The notes under the pieces: model-generated | Seen by the model: only the letters and a program-made list of their open reading frames with translations | Database searches by the model: none | Told to the model about the DNA's origin: nothing | Assembly (NCBI GenBank): GCA_017534745.1 | Contig: JAFXVX010000018.1 | Span: 1 to 64,000, forward strand | DNA length: 64,000 nt | Reading direction: 5' to 3' | DNA from: Bacteroidales bacterium | GTDB lineage: Bacteria; Bacteroidota; Bacteroidia; Bacteroidales; UBA932 | Position numbers and translations under genes: made by a program | Shown: positions 6,688-15,565 of the stretch, one piece after another | Layout: each line of letters opens with the position of its first letter | Position numbering within the stretch: the stretch's first letter is position 1

Positions 6688-9645
6688 ATGCGAATAACAT
6701 TGATACTGGCCCTCTCGGCCGCGCTCCTTTCCGGAGTGGACGCGGGGGGTGCCACCCAGAGAAAAGACTTCGACAGGGCCATGGAGCTGTACCGAGCCGG
6801 GCTCTATTCGGAAGCGTTCCTCTCCTTTGGAAAGCTCGACGGGATCGTGGCGGAGGGCTATTCCGTGCTGTCCGCCGTCAAGGCGGATGCGGACTGCTGC
6901 TTCGCCCTCGCCGAAGAATACACCCGTTCCTATCCGGAGTCCCCGGTAGTGCCGAAAATCCGCTATGCCTGCGGCCTGAAGCGGTTCGACGAGGGCAATT
7001 TCGAGGAAGCGGCCTACTGGCTTGCCAGGGTTTCGGCGACCGAACTTGCCAAGAGGGACCGTTCGGAGTACATGTACAAGAAGGCCTACAGCGAGTTCGG
7101 CAAGGGCAATTATTCCTATGCCGAGGAGCTGCTTCTCAAGTCCGAGCGCCTGCCGTATTCCGATTACACGGCCCCTTCCCGCTATTCGCTGGGCTACATT
7201 TATTACTCCGGGGAGAACTTCAAGGAGGCCTTTAGGTGGTTTAGTGAATCCTCCAAAGATCCAAGATTTTACGAAATCTCCAATTACTATATGCTCGAGT
7301 GTCGTTTCATGATGAGGGACTATGACTACGTCATCGAAAACGGCGAGAGCATGTTCGACAAAGTCCCCGAGGACAGGAAGCCTCACCTGAGCCGTATCAT
7401 CTCGGAGTCTTACCTCGTAAAAGGAGATGCGTCGAAGGCCAAGGAATACTACGAAAAGACCTCCGGCAGCCGCCTCGCCCCGAAGGGCAGGACTGATTAT
7501 TTCTATTCCGGCTCGCTGCTGTATTCGGTCGGCGATTACGCCGGCGCGGTGGAGAATTTCTCGCTCATGGGCGAGAGGCGCGATTCGCTCGGCCAGATAG
7601 CCTCCTACAGGATGGGAGACAGCTACATCCGCCTGCGCAACAAGGTCGCTGCGATGGATGCCTTCCGCGAAGCTTCGCGGGAGGACTGGGATCCGGCCAT
7701 CCGCGAGGATGCAGCCTTCAATGCCGCCAAGCTCGCATTTGACCTTGGCGGCGACACCGCTCCGTTCTCCGACTATATCCGCCGCTACGGATCCGAGGGC
7801 AAGGGCGACCGAATCTATTCATATATGGCTATGGCGGCCCTTGTCAACCACGACTACGAGGGCGCGGTCGCGGCCTACGACAAGGTCGAGGTCCTCGACG
7901 ACAGGATGAAGGGCAACTACATGAAAGCCTATTACTTACGGGCAGCGCAGCTGATGGGCAACGGCTCATGGCGCAGCGCCGTTCCCTGCCTGAAGGCTGC
8001 GGCCTATTACGCCCCGAGACAGGATCCTTTCAACCAGATCTCACGCTATTACCAGGCCGAGGCCCTCTTCCGCGACGGCAACTACGCCGAGGCGCGGCAG
8101 ATTCTCCTTGACCTTTACAATATCTCCGCCCTCGACGGGACGGCGGAGGGGAACCTGATCCCTTACGGAATCGCCTGGTGCTATTTCAAGGAAGCCGACG
8201 GCAAGAACGCTATCCGTTGGTTCAACAGCTACCTTGAGACCCCTTCTCCTGTCTATGGCGCTGACGCTGAGACGAGGATCGCCGACTGCTACTTCATGGC
8301 CAAGGAATACCGCACGGCCGCGACGGCCTACGAGCGCGTCCTGAAGGACTATCCGGATTCCGACGACCTCTATCCCGCCCTCCGCGGGGGAGTGGCCTGC
8401 GGCCTTCTTGGAGACAAGGCCGGCAAGATCCGCTTCCTGGAGTCGGCCAAGGAGGCGCCGATGACGGCGGAGCTCTGGCCGGACGCGATGTATGAGCTCG
8501 GAAGGGCTTACGTCGATGCCGGAGACCGTGATTCCGCCGTTAAGACTTTCAACACCCTGAGGGCCGGAAGCACCGAGAAGGAATTCACCGCCAAAGCCCT
8601 CATCGAGCTCGGTATGCTTGAGAACAACGAAGGTCACACGGATGCCGCCCTTGCCCACTACAAGGAGGTCGTGTCGATGCTTCCGGGCAGTTCCCAGGCC
8701 GACGACGCCCTCCTTGCGATAGAGTCCATCTACAAGACCACCGGTGCTCCGGACGAGTACCTCGCCTACGTCAACAGCCTCGGTTCATCCTCCGGAAGGA
8801 GCGAGGCCGAGAAGGAGGCCGTCTATTTCGCTTCGGCCGAGCAGCTGTTCCTCGCAGGCAATTACAGCAAGGCCCTCACGGCCTTCGAGAAGTATCCATC
8901 CCTGTATCCTGGGGGGAAGAATCTCGCCAAGGCGGACTACTACAAGGCCGAGTGCCTGAGGTGCACCGGCAGGAAGGAGCAGGCGTGCGACGCTTACCGC
9001 AAGGCCGTTTCCGAAGGCTTGGAGCCTTCCTTCCTGGAGCCCGCGCTCCTTGCCCTCGGCAACCTGTCGTTCTCCCTTGAGAACTACTCCGATGCATTCT
9101 CGGCCTTCCAGACCCTCCGCGAAAAGGCGTCCCTCAAGGATAACCGCGAGGCCGCCGCGGCCGGGATGATGCGTTCCGCTTTCAAGGGAAGGAATTATTC
9201 CTCCGCGATATCCTCGGCCGACCTTGTCCTCGCGTTCTCATCCGGAGATCTCGCGAGGGAGGCGGACTGGATCAAAGCGAAGTCCTATCTCGCTACAAGC
9301 CAGAGAGACAAGGCCTTCCGCCTTCTCGAGACTCTCAGCGCCTACCCTTCGACAAGCGAAGGCGCAGAGGCGACCTATCTGATTATCCAGGATCTCTACG
9401 ACAGGGGAGAGTTCTCGTCCGTCAGCGAAAAAGTCTATGACTTCTCCTCGAAGGCCGGAGGCGAGAATTACTTCCTCGCCAAGGCCTTCATAGTCCTCGG
9501 AGACACGTTTATGGAGCAGGGCAACACCGCCCAGGCCCGTGCAACCTATGAGAGCATCGCTTCCGGTTACACTCCGGATCCCGGCCGTGAGGACGACGTC
9601 CTCGACCAGGTCAGGATGCGTCTCCGCAAAATCGACAGGCAATGA
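6688..9645 (+). CDS. large secreted tetratricopeptide-repeat protein
   Basis: 985 aa with an N-terminal signal peptide. Repeated Ala/Tyr-rich TPR-like helices throughout (e.g. ELYRAGLYSEAFLSF, AYYLRAAQLMGNGSW). Confidence 0.75.
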   Translation: MRITLILALSAALLSGVDAGGATQRKDFDRAMELYRAGLYSEAFLSFGKLDGIVAEGYSVLSAVKADADCCFALAEEYTRSYPESPVVPKIRYACGLKRFDEGNFEEAAYWLARVSATELAKRDRSEYMYKKAYSEFGKGNYSYAEELLLKSERLPYSDYTAPSRYSLGYIYYSGENFKEAFRWFSESSKDPRFYEISNYYMLECRFMMRDYDYVIENGESMFDKVPEDRKPHLSRIISESYLVKGDASKAKEYYEKTSGSRLAPKGRTDYFYSGSLLYSVGDYAGAVENFSLMGERRDSLGQIASYRMGDSYIRLRNKVAAMDAFREASREDWDPAIREDAAFNAAKLAFDLGGDTAPFSDYIRRYGSEGKGDRIYSYMAMAALVNHDYEGAVAAYDKVEVLDDRMKGNYMKAYYLRAAQLMGNGSWRSAVPCLKAAAYYAPRQDPFNQISRYYQAEALFRDGNYAEARQILLDLYNISALDGTAEGNLIPYGIAWCYFKEADGKNAIRWFNSYLETPSPVYGADAETRIADCYFMAKEYRTAATAYERVLKDYPDSDDLYPALRGGVACGLLGDKAGKIRFLESAKEAPMTAELWPDAMYELGRAYVDAGDRDSAVKTFNTLRAGSTEKEFTAKALIELGMLENNEGHTDAALAHYKEVVSMLPGSSQADDALLAIESIYKTTGAPDEYLAYVNSLGSSSGRSEAEKEAVYFASAEQLFLAGNYSKALTAFEKYPSLYPGGKNLAKADYYKAECLRCTGRKEQACDAYRKAVSEGLEPSFLEPALLALGNLSFSLENYSDAFSAFQTLREKASLKDNREAAAAGMMRSAFKGRNYSSAISSADLVLAFSSGDLAREADWIKAKSYLATSQRDKAFRLLETLSAYPSTSEGAEATYLIIQDLYDRGEFSSVSEKVYDFSSKAGGENYFLAKAFIVLGDTFMEQGNTAQARATYESIASGYTPDPGREDDVLDQVRMRLRKIDRQ

Positions 9646-11306
9646 AAAAGATAGCAGTCATACTGGCCTTGGCGGCCGTCGCAGCGGCGGCGCAGGCCCA
9701 GAACCTCAACCCGACGGTTGAAGTGACCAATATCTACGAAGGCTCGGTGACCCGTGCCGACAAGCCGGACGCCCCCGTGACCGTCCCTGATTCGGTGACT
9801 GTGTTCAACCTCGATTTCGACTACTCGACCTTCGAGCGGCCGTATATGGGCGCCTACGATTTCTCTCCTTATCTCATAGGCCTGAAGCCTTCCCCGAGCG
9901 CATCAAATCCTGGCCGGCTGTATGTCAGCGCCGGCGCAGGGTACAGGCTCCGCCCTGAGGCTGAGATAGTCTGGACCCCATGCCGTAAGGGAGACTTCCA
10001 TCCGGGGCTATATGGCTCTCTCCACTCTTTCTTCGGGCCGTATAACAATCTTGTGGAACGGGAGGGCCGGGTTGTCTCGGACGGCGGCTATTTCAATGGC
10101 TTCGATGCAGCGGTCAAGGCCGGGACTAACGGCGCCTGGTTCCTTCCCAGGTCCATTTTCTCATACGATGTCCACTACGGTGGCATTTTCACGAGGGATA
10201 CCCTGAAGCCCGTCCGCAGCGTCCACATGGCGGACGGAACTGTCAGGTTTCGCAGCGCCGATGACAGTGGAAGCCGTTTCTTCTACGATGCGGCCTTCTC
10301 CTACCGTTTCGCGAAGGAATTCAACGGCAGGAATGCCCCCATGCGGGAGCATCGCGCATTTTTCGACAGTTCGTTCGGCTACGACCTCAACGACATTCAC
10401 CGCTTCTCGGTGGATGCCGACGTGATGGTCTCCGACATCGGCGGCATGTACGACGGCTATGGCGGCTACGTCCGTTTTATCCCCAAATACAGGCTGCAAA
10501 AGGGGCGCTGGAGGCTGGATGCCGGCCTTGCGCTTTCCATCACGATGGGATCCGGCAGAAGGGAAGCGGACCCCGTGCTGTATGGCAGCCGGGGCTACCA
10601 GGTCGTCTATCCCGACGTTTTCATAGGTTTTGAGGCCATCAGGGAGAGGATGGTTATCTATGCCAGAGTGAACGGCGGCGAAAAAGTCAACTCCTTCAGT
10701 GACGTCGTTCTCTCTAACCACTTCTTCTCGAAGGACTATGCCCACAGCGGCGCCCTTCTCGACTTCTCGGCCGACAGGATCAACGCTTCGATAGGCCTTC
10801 GCGGCAATATCAGTGCCCGTTTCCGCTACGACCTTTCCGGCGGCTATGCATTGATAAAGAACGACATGCTGTATTCGACCGGCGGACCTTCCGTGGTCTA
10901 TCAGGACCACAATCTCTGGTATGCAACCCTTCTTGCCGGCTGGGATTCGGTACACTGCAGGGCTGACGGCGGTTTCTACGTCCGCAAGACCAGTCTGGAC
11001 GACTGGAATGCGGACGCATTCGAGCCCGGGATTTTCTCCGGTTATTTCAAGGCTGAATACATCTACAAGTCCCGCCTTGCGGTCGGCCTGGACTGCTCAT
11101 TTTCCACCGCGATGCACTCATACGGAGTGGAGAAGCTGACCATCCCCGGATGGTTCGACCTCGGCCTTATCGCCGACTTTGCCGTGACCCGCAAATTCGG
11201 TCTCTGGGTGCGCAGCGGCAACCTCATCGGGATGACCATCCAGAGGGTTCCGTACTACTCTGAAAAGGGTCGCTGGGTAACCGCCGGAGTGAAGTTCAAT
11301 TTGTAG
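9642..11306 (+). CDS. putative outer-membrane beta-barrel protein (unknown family)
   Basis: 554 aa with a signal peptide (MKKIAVILALAAVAAAAQA). Rich in alternating aromatic/Gly beta-strand-like segments. Start overlaps the TPR gene stop by 4 nt (translational coupling). Confidence 0.55.
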   Translation: MKKIAVILALAAVAAAAQAQNLNPTVEVTNIYEGSVTRADKPDAPVTVPDSVTVFNLDFDYSTFERPYMGAYDFSPYLIGLKPSPSASNPGRLYVSAGAGYRLRPEAEIVWTPCRKGDFHPGLYGSLHSFFGPYNNLVEREGRVVSDGGYFNGFDAAVKAGTNGAWFLPRSIFSYDVHYGGIFTRDTLKPVRSVHMADGTVRFRSADDSGSRFFYDAAFSYRFAKEFNGRNAPMREHRAFFDSSFGYDLNDIHRFSVDADVMVSDIGGMYDGYGGYVRFIPKYRLQKGRWRLDAGLALSITMGSGRREADPVLYGSRGYQVVYPDVFIGFEAIRERMVIYARVNGGEKVNSFSDVVLSNHFFSKDYAHSGALLDFSADRINASIGLRGNISARFRYDLSGGYALIKNDMLYSTGGPSVVYQDHNLWYATLLAGWDSVHCRADGGFYVRKTSLDDWNADAFEPGIFSGYFKAEYIYKSRLAVGLDCSFSTAMHSYGVEKLTIPGWFDLGLIADFAVTRKFGLWVRSGNLIGMTIQRVPYYSEKGRWVTAGVKFNL

Positions 11307-11338
11307 GTTTAACGCTTGTTATTTACGCTGGTTTTTAC

Positions 11339-11346
11339 TATCTTTG
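11339..11346 (+). promoter_or_regulatory. candidate Bacteroidetes-type -7 element TATCTTTG (TAnnTTTG) upstream of gyrB
   Basis: Motif match about 50 nt upstream of the gyrB ATG. A TTG lies about 13 nt upstream as a weak -33 candidate. Confidence 0.3.
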
Positions 11347-11395
11347 TGCGTTTTATAGGGACCTTCCCTGAGTAGAGAAAAAACAGTACAAAGAT

Positions 11396-13405
11396 ATGAC
11401 TGAAAACGAAGAAATCAAGCAGGCTGAAGAGCAGTATTCCGCCAATTCAATCCAGGTCCTCGAAGGGCTTGAAGCAGTAAGGAAAAGGCCGTCGATGTAC
11501 ATAGGCGACATCGGCGAGCGCGGCCTGCATCACCTCGTCTATGAGGTGGTCGATAATAGTATCGACGAAGCCATGGCCGGCTTCTGCACGGACATCGACG
11601 TCGTCATCCTCGGCGACAACTCCATCCGCGTCAGCGACAATGGCCGAGGCATCCCGACCGGGATGCACGAGAAAGAGCACCGCAGCGCCCTGGAGGTCGT
11701 CCTCACGATCCTCCACGCCGGCGGTAAATTCTCCAAGTCCAACTATAAAGTGTCCGGTGGTCTCCACGGTGTCGGCGTCTCCTGCGTCAACGCCCTGTCC
11801 GATCACCTCCACGCTGAGGTCCACCGCGAAGGCAAGGTCTTCGAGCAGGACTACTCCAGGGGCAAGCCCCTCGGAGATGTCCGCGTGACCGGGACCTGCG
11901 AGGACACCGGGACCGTCATAACCTTCCACCCGGACCCGACGATCTTCGTCCAGACTATCGTCTATAAGTACGACACCCTTGCGGCCCGCCTCCGCGAGCT
12001 CGCGTATCTGAACAAAGGCATACGCATCACCCTGACGGACCAGAGGGAGCTCGTGGATGAGATGGTGATGTCCCCGGACGGCGAGATGAAGGCGACCGGC
12101 AAGACTGTATTCCGTCACGACACCTTCTACTCCGAGGAAGGCCTCAAGCAGTTCATCGAGTACCTCGACGGCGGTGCCTCCCAGCTCATCCCCGAGCCGA
12201 TCTGCGTCGCCGCGGACAAGATCATCCCCATCGACATAGCCCTCAGCTACAACAACGGCTATTCCGAGAAGATCTACTCCTACGTCAACAACATCAACAC
12301 GATAGAAGGCGGCACCCACCTCCAGGGCTTCAAGATGGGCCTTTCCCGTTCCCTGAAGAACTACGCCGAGAAGAACAACCTCTTCGCGAAGCTCAAGACC
12401 GAGCTTTCGCCCGAGGACTTCCGCGAAGGCCTGACCGCCGTCGTCTCCGTCAAGGTCGCCGAGCCCCAGTTCGAGGGCCAGACCAAGACCAAGCTGGGAA
12501 ACAGCGAAGTTACTTCTGTCGTCTCGCAGGCGACCGCCGCGGCCGTCGATTCCTACCTTGAGGAGCACCCGAGGGAAGCGAAGACCATCATCGAGAAGGT
12601 CGTCCTCGCCGCGACTGCCCGCGCAGCCGCGCGCAAGGCCCGCGAAATGGTTCAGAGGAAGACAGTCATGACCGGTGCCGGCATGCCCGGCAAGCTCTCC
12701 GACTGTTCGGAGAAGGATCCCGAGAGGTGCGAGCTCTTCCTCGTCGAGGGAGATTCCGCAGGCGGCACCGCAAAGCAGGGCCGTGACCGCCGCTACCAGG
12801 CGATCCTCCCGCTGAGGGGTAAGATCCTCAACGTGGAGAAGGCCCTCGAGGCCAAGGCGTTCGAGAGCGAGGAGATCCGCAACATCTACACCGCCCTCGG
12901 CGTGACAGTAGCCCAGGAGGACGAGACCGGCGAGAAGAAAATGGACCTTTCCAGGCTCCGTTATCACAAGGTCATCATCATGACCGATGCCGATGTGGAC
13001 GGCAGCCACATCGCCTGCCTCATCCTGACCTTCTTCTTCCGCTACATGTTCGACCTCATAAAGAACGGTTACGTTTATCTCGCCACCCCTCCGCTCTATC
13101 TTGTCAAGAAGGGCAAGGACGAGGTCTATTGCTGGACCGAAGGCCAGAGGGACGAGGCGGCGCTCCGCCTTGGCAAGGGCTCGGAGAAGGGCGTTTTCAT
13201 CCAGCGCTACAAAGGTCTCGGTGAAATGTCCGAGGCCCAGCTCTGGGAGACTACGATGGATCCTTCCCGCAGGCTTCTCCGCCAAATCACTATAGAGAAC
13301 GCGGCCCAGGCCGAAAGGACCTTCTCGATGCTTATGGGCGAGGACGTTCCGCCGCGCCGCCAGTTCATCGAGGAGAACGCCCACTATGCAAACATCGACG
13401 CTTAA
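11396..13405 (+). CDS. gyrB: DNA gyrase subunit B (type IIA topoisomerase ATPase subunit)
   Basis: 669 aa. GHKL ATPase motifs (EVVDNSIDEA, GLHGVGVS), QTKTKLGN, TOPRIM EGDSAGG, C-terminal PLRGKILNVEKA. Assignment as GyrB rather than ParE is by length. Confidence 0.85.
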   Translation: MTENEEIKQAEEQYSANSIQVLEGLEAVRKRPSMYIGDIGERGLHHLVYEVVDNSIDEAMAGFCTDIDVVILGDNSIRVSDNGRGIPTGMHEKEHRSALEVVLTILHAGGKFSKSNYKVSGGLHGVGVSCVNALSDHLHAEVHREGKVFEQDYSRGKPLGDVRVTGTCEDTGTVITFHPDPTIFVQTIVYKYDTLAARLRELAYLNKGIRITLTDQRELVDEMVMSPDGEMKATGKTVFRHDTFYSEEGLKQFIEYLDGGASQLIPEPICVAADKIIPIDIALSYNNGYSEKIYSYVNNINTIEGGTHLQGFKMGLSRSLKNYAEKNNLFAKLKTELSPEDFREGLTAVVSVKVAEPQFEGQTKTKLGNSEVTSVVSQATAAAVDSYLEEHPREAKTIIEKVVLAATARAAARKAREMVQRKTVMTGAGMPGKLSDCSEKDPERCELFLVEGDSAGGTAKQGRDRRYQAILPLRGKILNVEKALEAKAFESEEIRNIYTALGVTVAQEDETGEKKMDLSRLRYHKVIIMTDADVDGSHIACLILTFFFRYMFDLIKNGYVYLATPPLYLVKKGKDEVYCWTEGQRDEAALRLGKGSEKGVFIQRYKGLGEMSEAQLWETTMDPSRRLLRQITIENAAQAERTFSMLMGEDVPPRRQFIEENAHYANIDA

Positions 13406-13472
13406 CTTGTTATTCCGAACGACGACATTTTGTCATTTCGAGCAAAGTCGAGAAATCTAAACCACAATAATT

Positions 13473-14738
13473 ATGTTAGACATTTTTGACAGGATATCCC
13501 GCGACGCCGGTGGCCCCATCGGACAGTACTTCGAGCAGGGATTCGGTTACTATATGTATCCGCGCCTTGAGGGCGAGCTCGGCCCCCATATGTTTTTCAA
13601 CGGCATGCCGGTCCTCAACTGGAGCCTCAACAACTACCTCGGCCTGGCTAACCACCCCGAGATCCGCAAAGTCGAGACCCAGGCGACGGCCGACTGGGGC
13701 CTTTCCTACCCCATGGGCAGCCGTATGCTTTCCGGACACACCAAATACCACGAGAAGCTCGAGAAGATGTTCGCCGACTTCGAGAAGAAGGAGGACGCCT
13801 TCCTCTTCAATTTCGGCTACCAGGGCATCGTCTCCACAATCGACTGCCTCCTTGCCCGCCACGACGTCGTGGTCTATGACAACGAGGCCCACGCCTGCCT
13901 CCTCGACGGTATCCGTCTCCACATCGGCAGCAAATACAAATACCGCCACAACGACATGGCCGACTGCGACCGCATCCTGACCAGGGCGTGCAAAGAGGCC
14001 GACGAGAACGGCGGCGGTGTGCTCCTCATCACTGAAGGCGTTTACGGCATGACCGGCGCCCTCGGCAAGCTCGACGAGATTGTCGCGCTGAAGAAAAAGC
14101 ACAATTTCCGTATCCTCATCGACGACGCCCATGGTTTCGGCCTTATGGGTGCCCACGGTAGGGGGACAAGCGAGCACTTCGGCGTGATGGACGGTGTTGA
14201 CCTCTACATCGGCGCCTTCGCCAAGAGTATGGCTTCCATCGGCGGCTTCGTAGCCGGTCCGCGCAAGATAATCAACTATCTGCGCCTCAACATGCGCTCC
14301 CAGATGTACGCCAAGAGCCAGCCCCTCCCGTTCGTGATTTCCAACATCAAGAGGCTTGAAATCATCATGTCTCCTGAAGGCGACGAGCGCCGTCGCAAGT
14401 GCATGGAGATAACCCACGCTATCCAGAAGGGCTTCCGCGACCAGGGCTTCGACATCGGTGAGGCCGAGGCGTGCGTCACCCCGATCCACATAGATGGCGG
14501 CGGCATCGCCCAGGCGACCAAGATTGCAAAGGACCTCCGTGAGAACTACCGCATCTTCTGCTCGATGGTCATCTATCCCGTCATCCCTAAAGGCATGATC
14601 ATCTTCCGCATAGTCTCGACAGCTTCTCACACGATGGAAGATGTCAATTACACCCTCAACGCATTCAAGGAAATCAAGGCCAAACTCGACGCCGGTCTCT
14701 ATGACGGCGACGACATCGCCGCGATGAAGGTCGAGTAA
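13473..14738 (+). CDS. PLP-dependent alpha-oxoamine synthase family acyltransferase; likely serine palmitoyltransferase (an 8-amino-7-oxononanoate synthase-like role is an alternative)
   Basis: 421 aa with class-II aminotransferase fold motifs (GYQGIVSTI, DDAHGFG, lysine region SMASIGGF). The product is inferred from the coupled SDR gene and the Bacteroidales-like context. Confidence 0.7.
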   Translation: MLDIFDRISRDAGGPIGQYFEQGFGYYMYPRLEGELGPHMFFNGMPVLNWSLNNYLGLANHPEIRKVETQATADWGLSYPMGSRMLSGHTKYHEKLEKMFADFEKKEDAFLFNFGYQGIVSTIDCLLARHDVVVYDNEAHACLLDGIRLHIGSKYKYRHNDMADCDRILTRACKEADENGGGVLLITEGVYGMTGALGKLDEIVALKKKHNFRILIDDAHGFGLMGAHGRGTSEHFGVMDGVDLYIGAFAKSMASIGGFVAGPRKIINYLRLNMRSQMYAKSQPLPFVISNIKRLEIIMSPEGDERRRKCMEITHAIQKGFRDQGFDIGEAEACVTPIHIDGGGIAQATKIAKDLRENYRIFCSMVIYPVIPKGMIIFRIVSTASHTMEDVNYTLNAFKEIKAKLDAGLYDGDDIAAMKVE

Positions 14739-15562
14739 TGAGACTCCCTGCCTATTTTAAAGACAAGGTCGTAATCGTGACCGGGGCGAGTTCGGGTATC
14801 GGACTCGCCTCGGCACGCCTTTTCGGCAGCCTCGGCGCCAGGGTAGTGATGGCCGCCCGATCTGAAGAAAAGATGCTGGAGCTCTCTCCGAGCGTGTCTT
14901 CTGATCCGGCTAACGTCCTGTGTGTCAAGGCGGATGTCTCGGTTGAGGACGACTGCCGCGCTCTTGTCGAAAAGACAGTTGAGCGCTTCGGCCGCATCGA
15001 CATACTCGTCAATAATGCCGGCCTTTCGATGCGGGCGATGTTCTCCGATCTGGACCTCAAAGTGCTCAGGACACTTATGGACGTCAATTTCTGGGGGACC
15101 GTCCAGTGCACCAAATATGCCCTTCCTTATCTTCTGGAATCAAAGGGGCAGGTCGTCGGCGTGATCTCCATCGCCGGCTACTCGGCCCTCCCGGCAAGGA
15201 CCGGCTATTCCTCATCGAAATACGCCATCCGCGGTTTCCTCGACACGCTCCGTATCGAGCATCTCAAGGACGGGCTTGGCGTCCTCGTGTTCGCTCCTGG
15301 ATACACATCGTCCAATGTGCGCAATGCAGCTCTTACTGCGGACGGCTCCGCCCAGGGCAAGACTCCTCTGGAGGAAGGCAAATTGATGAGCGCCGAGGAA
15401 TGCGCCCTTCACCTTGCCAGGGCGCTCGCAAAGCGGAAGTCCGAAGTGATCCTTACCGGACTCGGCAAGGCGACGGTGGCTTTCCACCGTCTCTTCCCCC
15501 GTCTTACCGACCGTCTCACCTACAGATTCATAGCACGTGAAGCTGACAGTCCCTTTAAGTAG
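14738..15562 (+). CDS. short-chain dehydrogenase/reductase; candidate 3-ketodihydrosphingosine reductase
   Basis: 274 aa with TGASSGIG Rossmann motif, NNAG, and catalytic YxxxK (YSSSKYAIRG). Its ATG overlaps the upstream stop codon (TAATG). Confidence 0.7.
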   Translation: MRLPAYFKDKVVIVTGASSGIGLASARLFGSLGARVVMAARSEEKMLELSPSVSSDPANVLCVKADVSVEDDCRALVEKTVERFGRIDILVNNAGLSMRAMFSDLDLKVLRTLMDVNFWGTVQCTKYALPYLLESKGQVVGVISIAGYSALPARTGYSSSKYAIRGFLDTLRIEHLKDGLGVLVFAPGYTSSNVRNAALTADGSAQGKTPLEEGKLMSAEECALHLARALAKRKSEVILTGLGKATVAFHRLFPRLTDRLTYRFIAREADSPFK

Positions 15563-15565
15563 AAA

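Noticed and set aside
11447-13384. 645-aa ORF antisense to gyrB
   Set aside because: It is fully nested on the opposite strand of a well-supported gene. The Ala/Gly/Leu/Arg-rich product is typical of stop-codon-poor antisense frames in GC-rich DNA. Similar antisense ORFs opposite spt (13476..14630), tig (17532..18599), dnaN (35471..36703), recG (58622..59926), rny (62962..63894) and others were rejected for the same reason.
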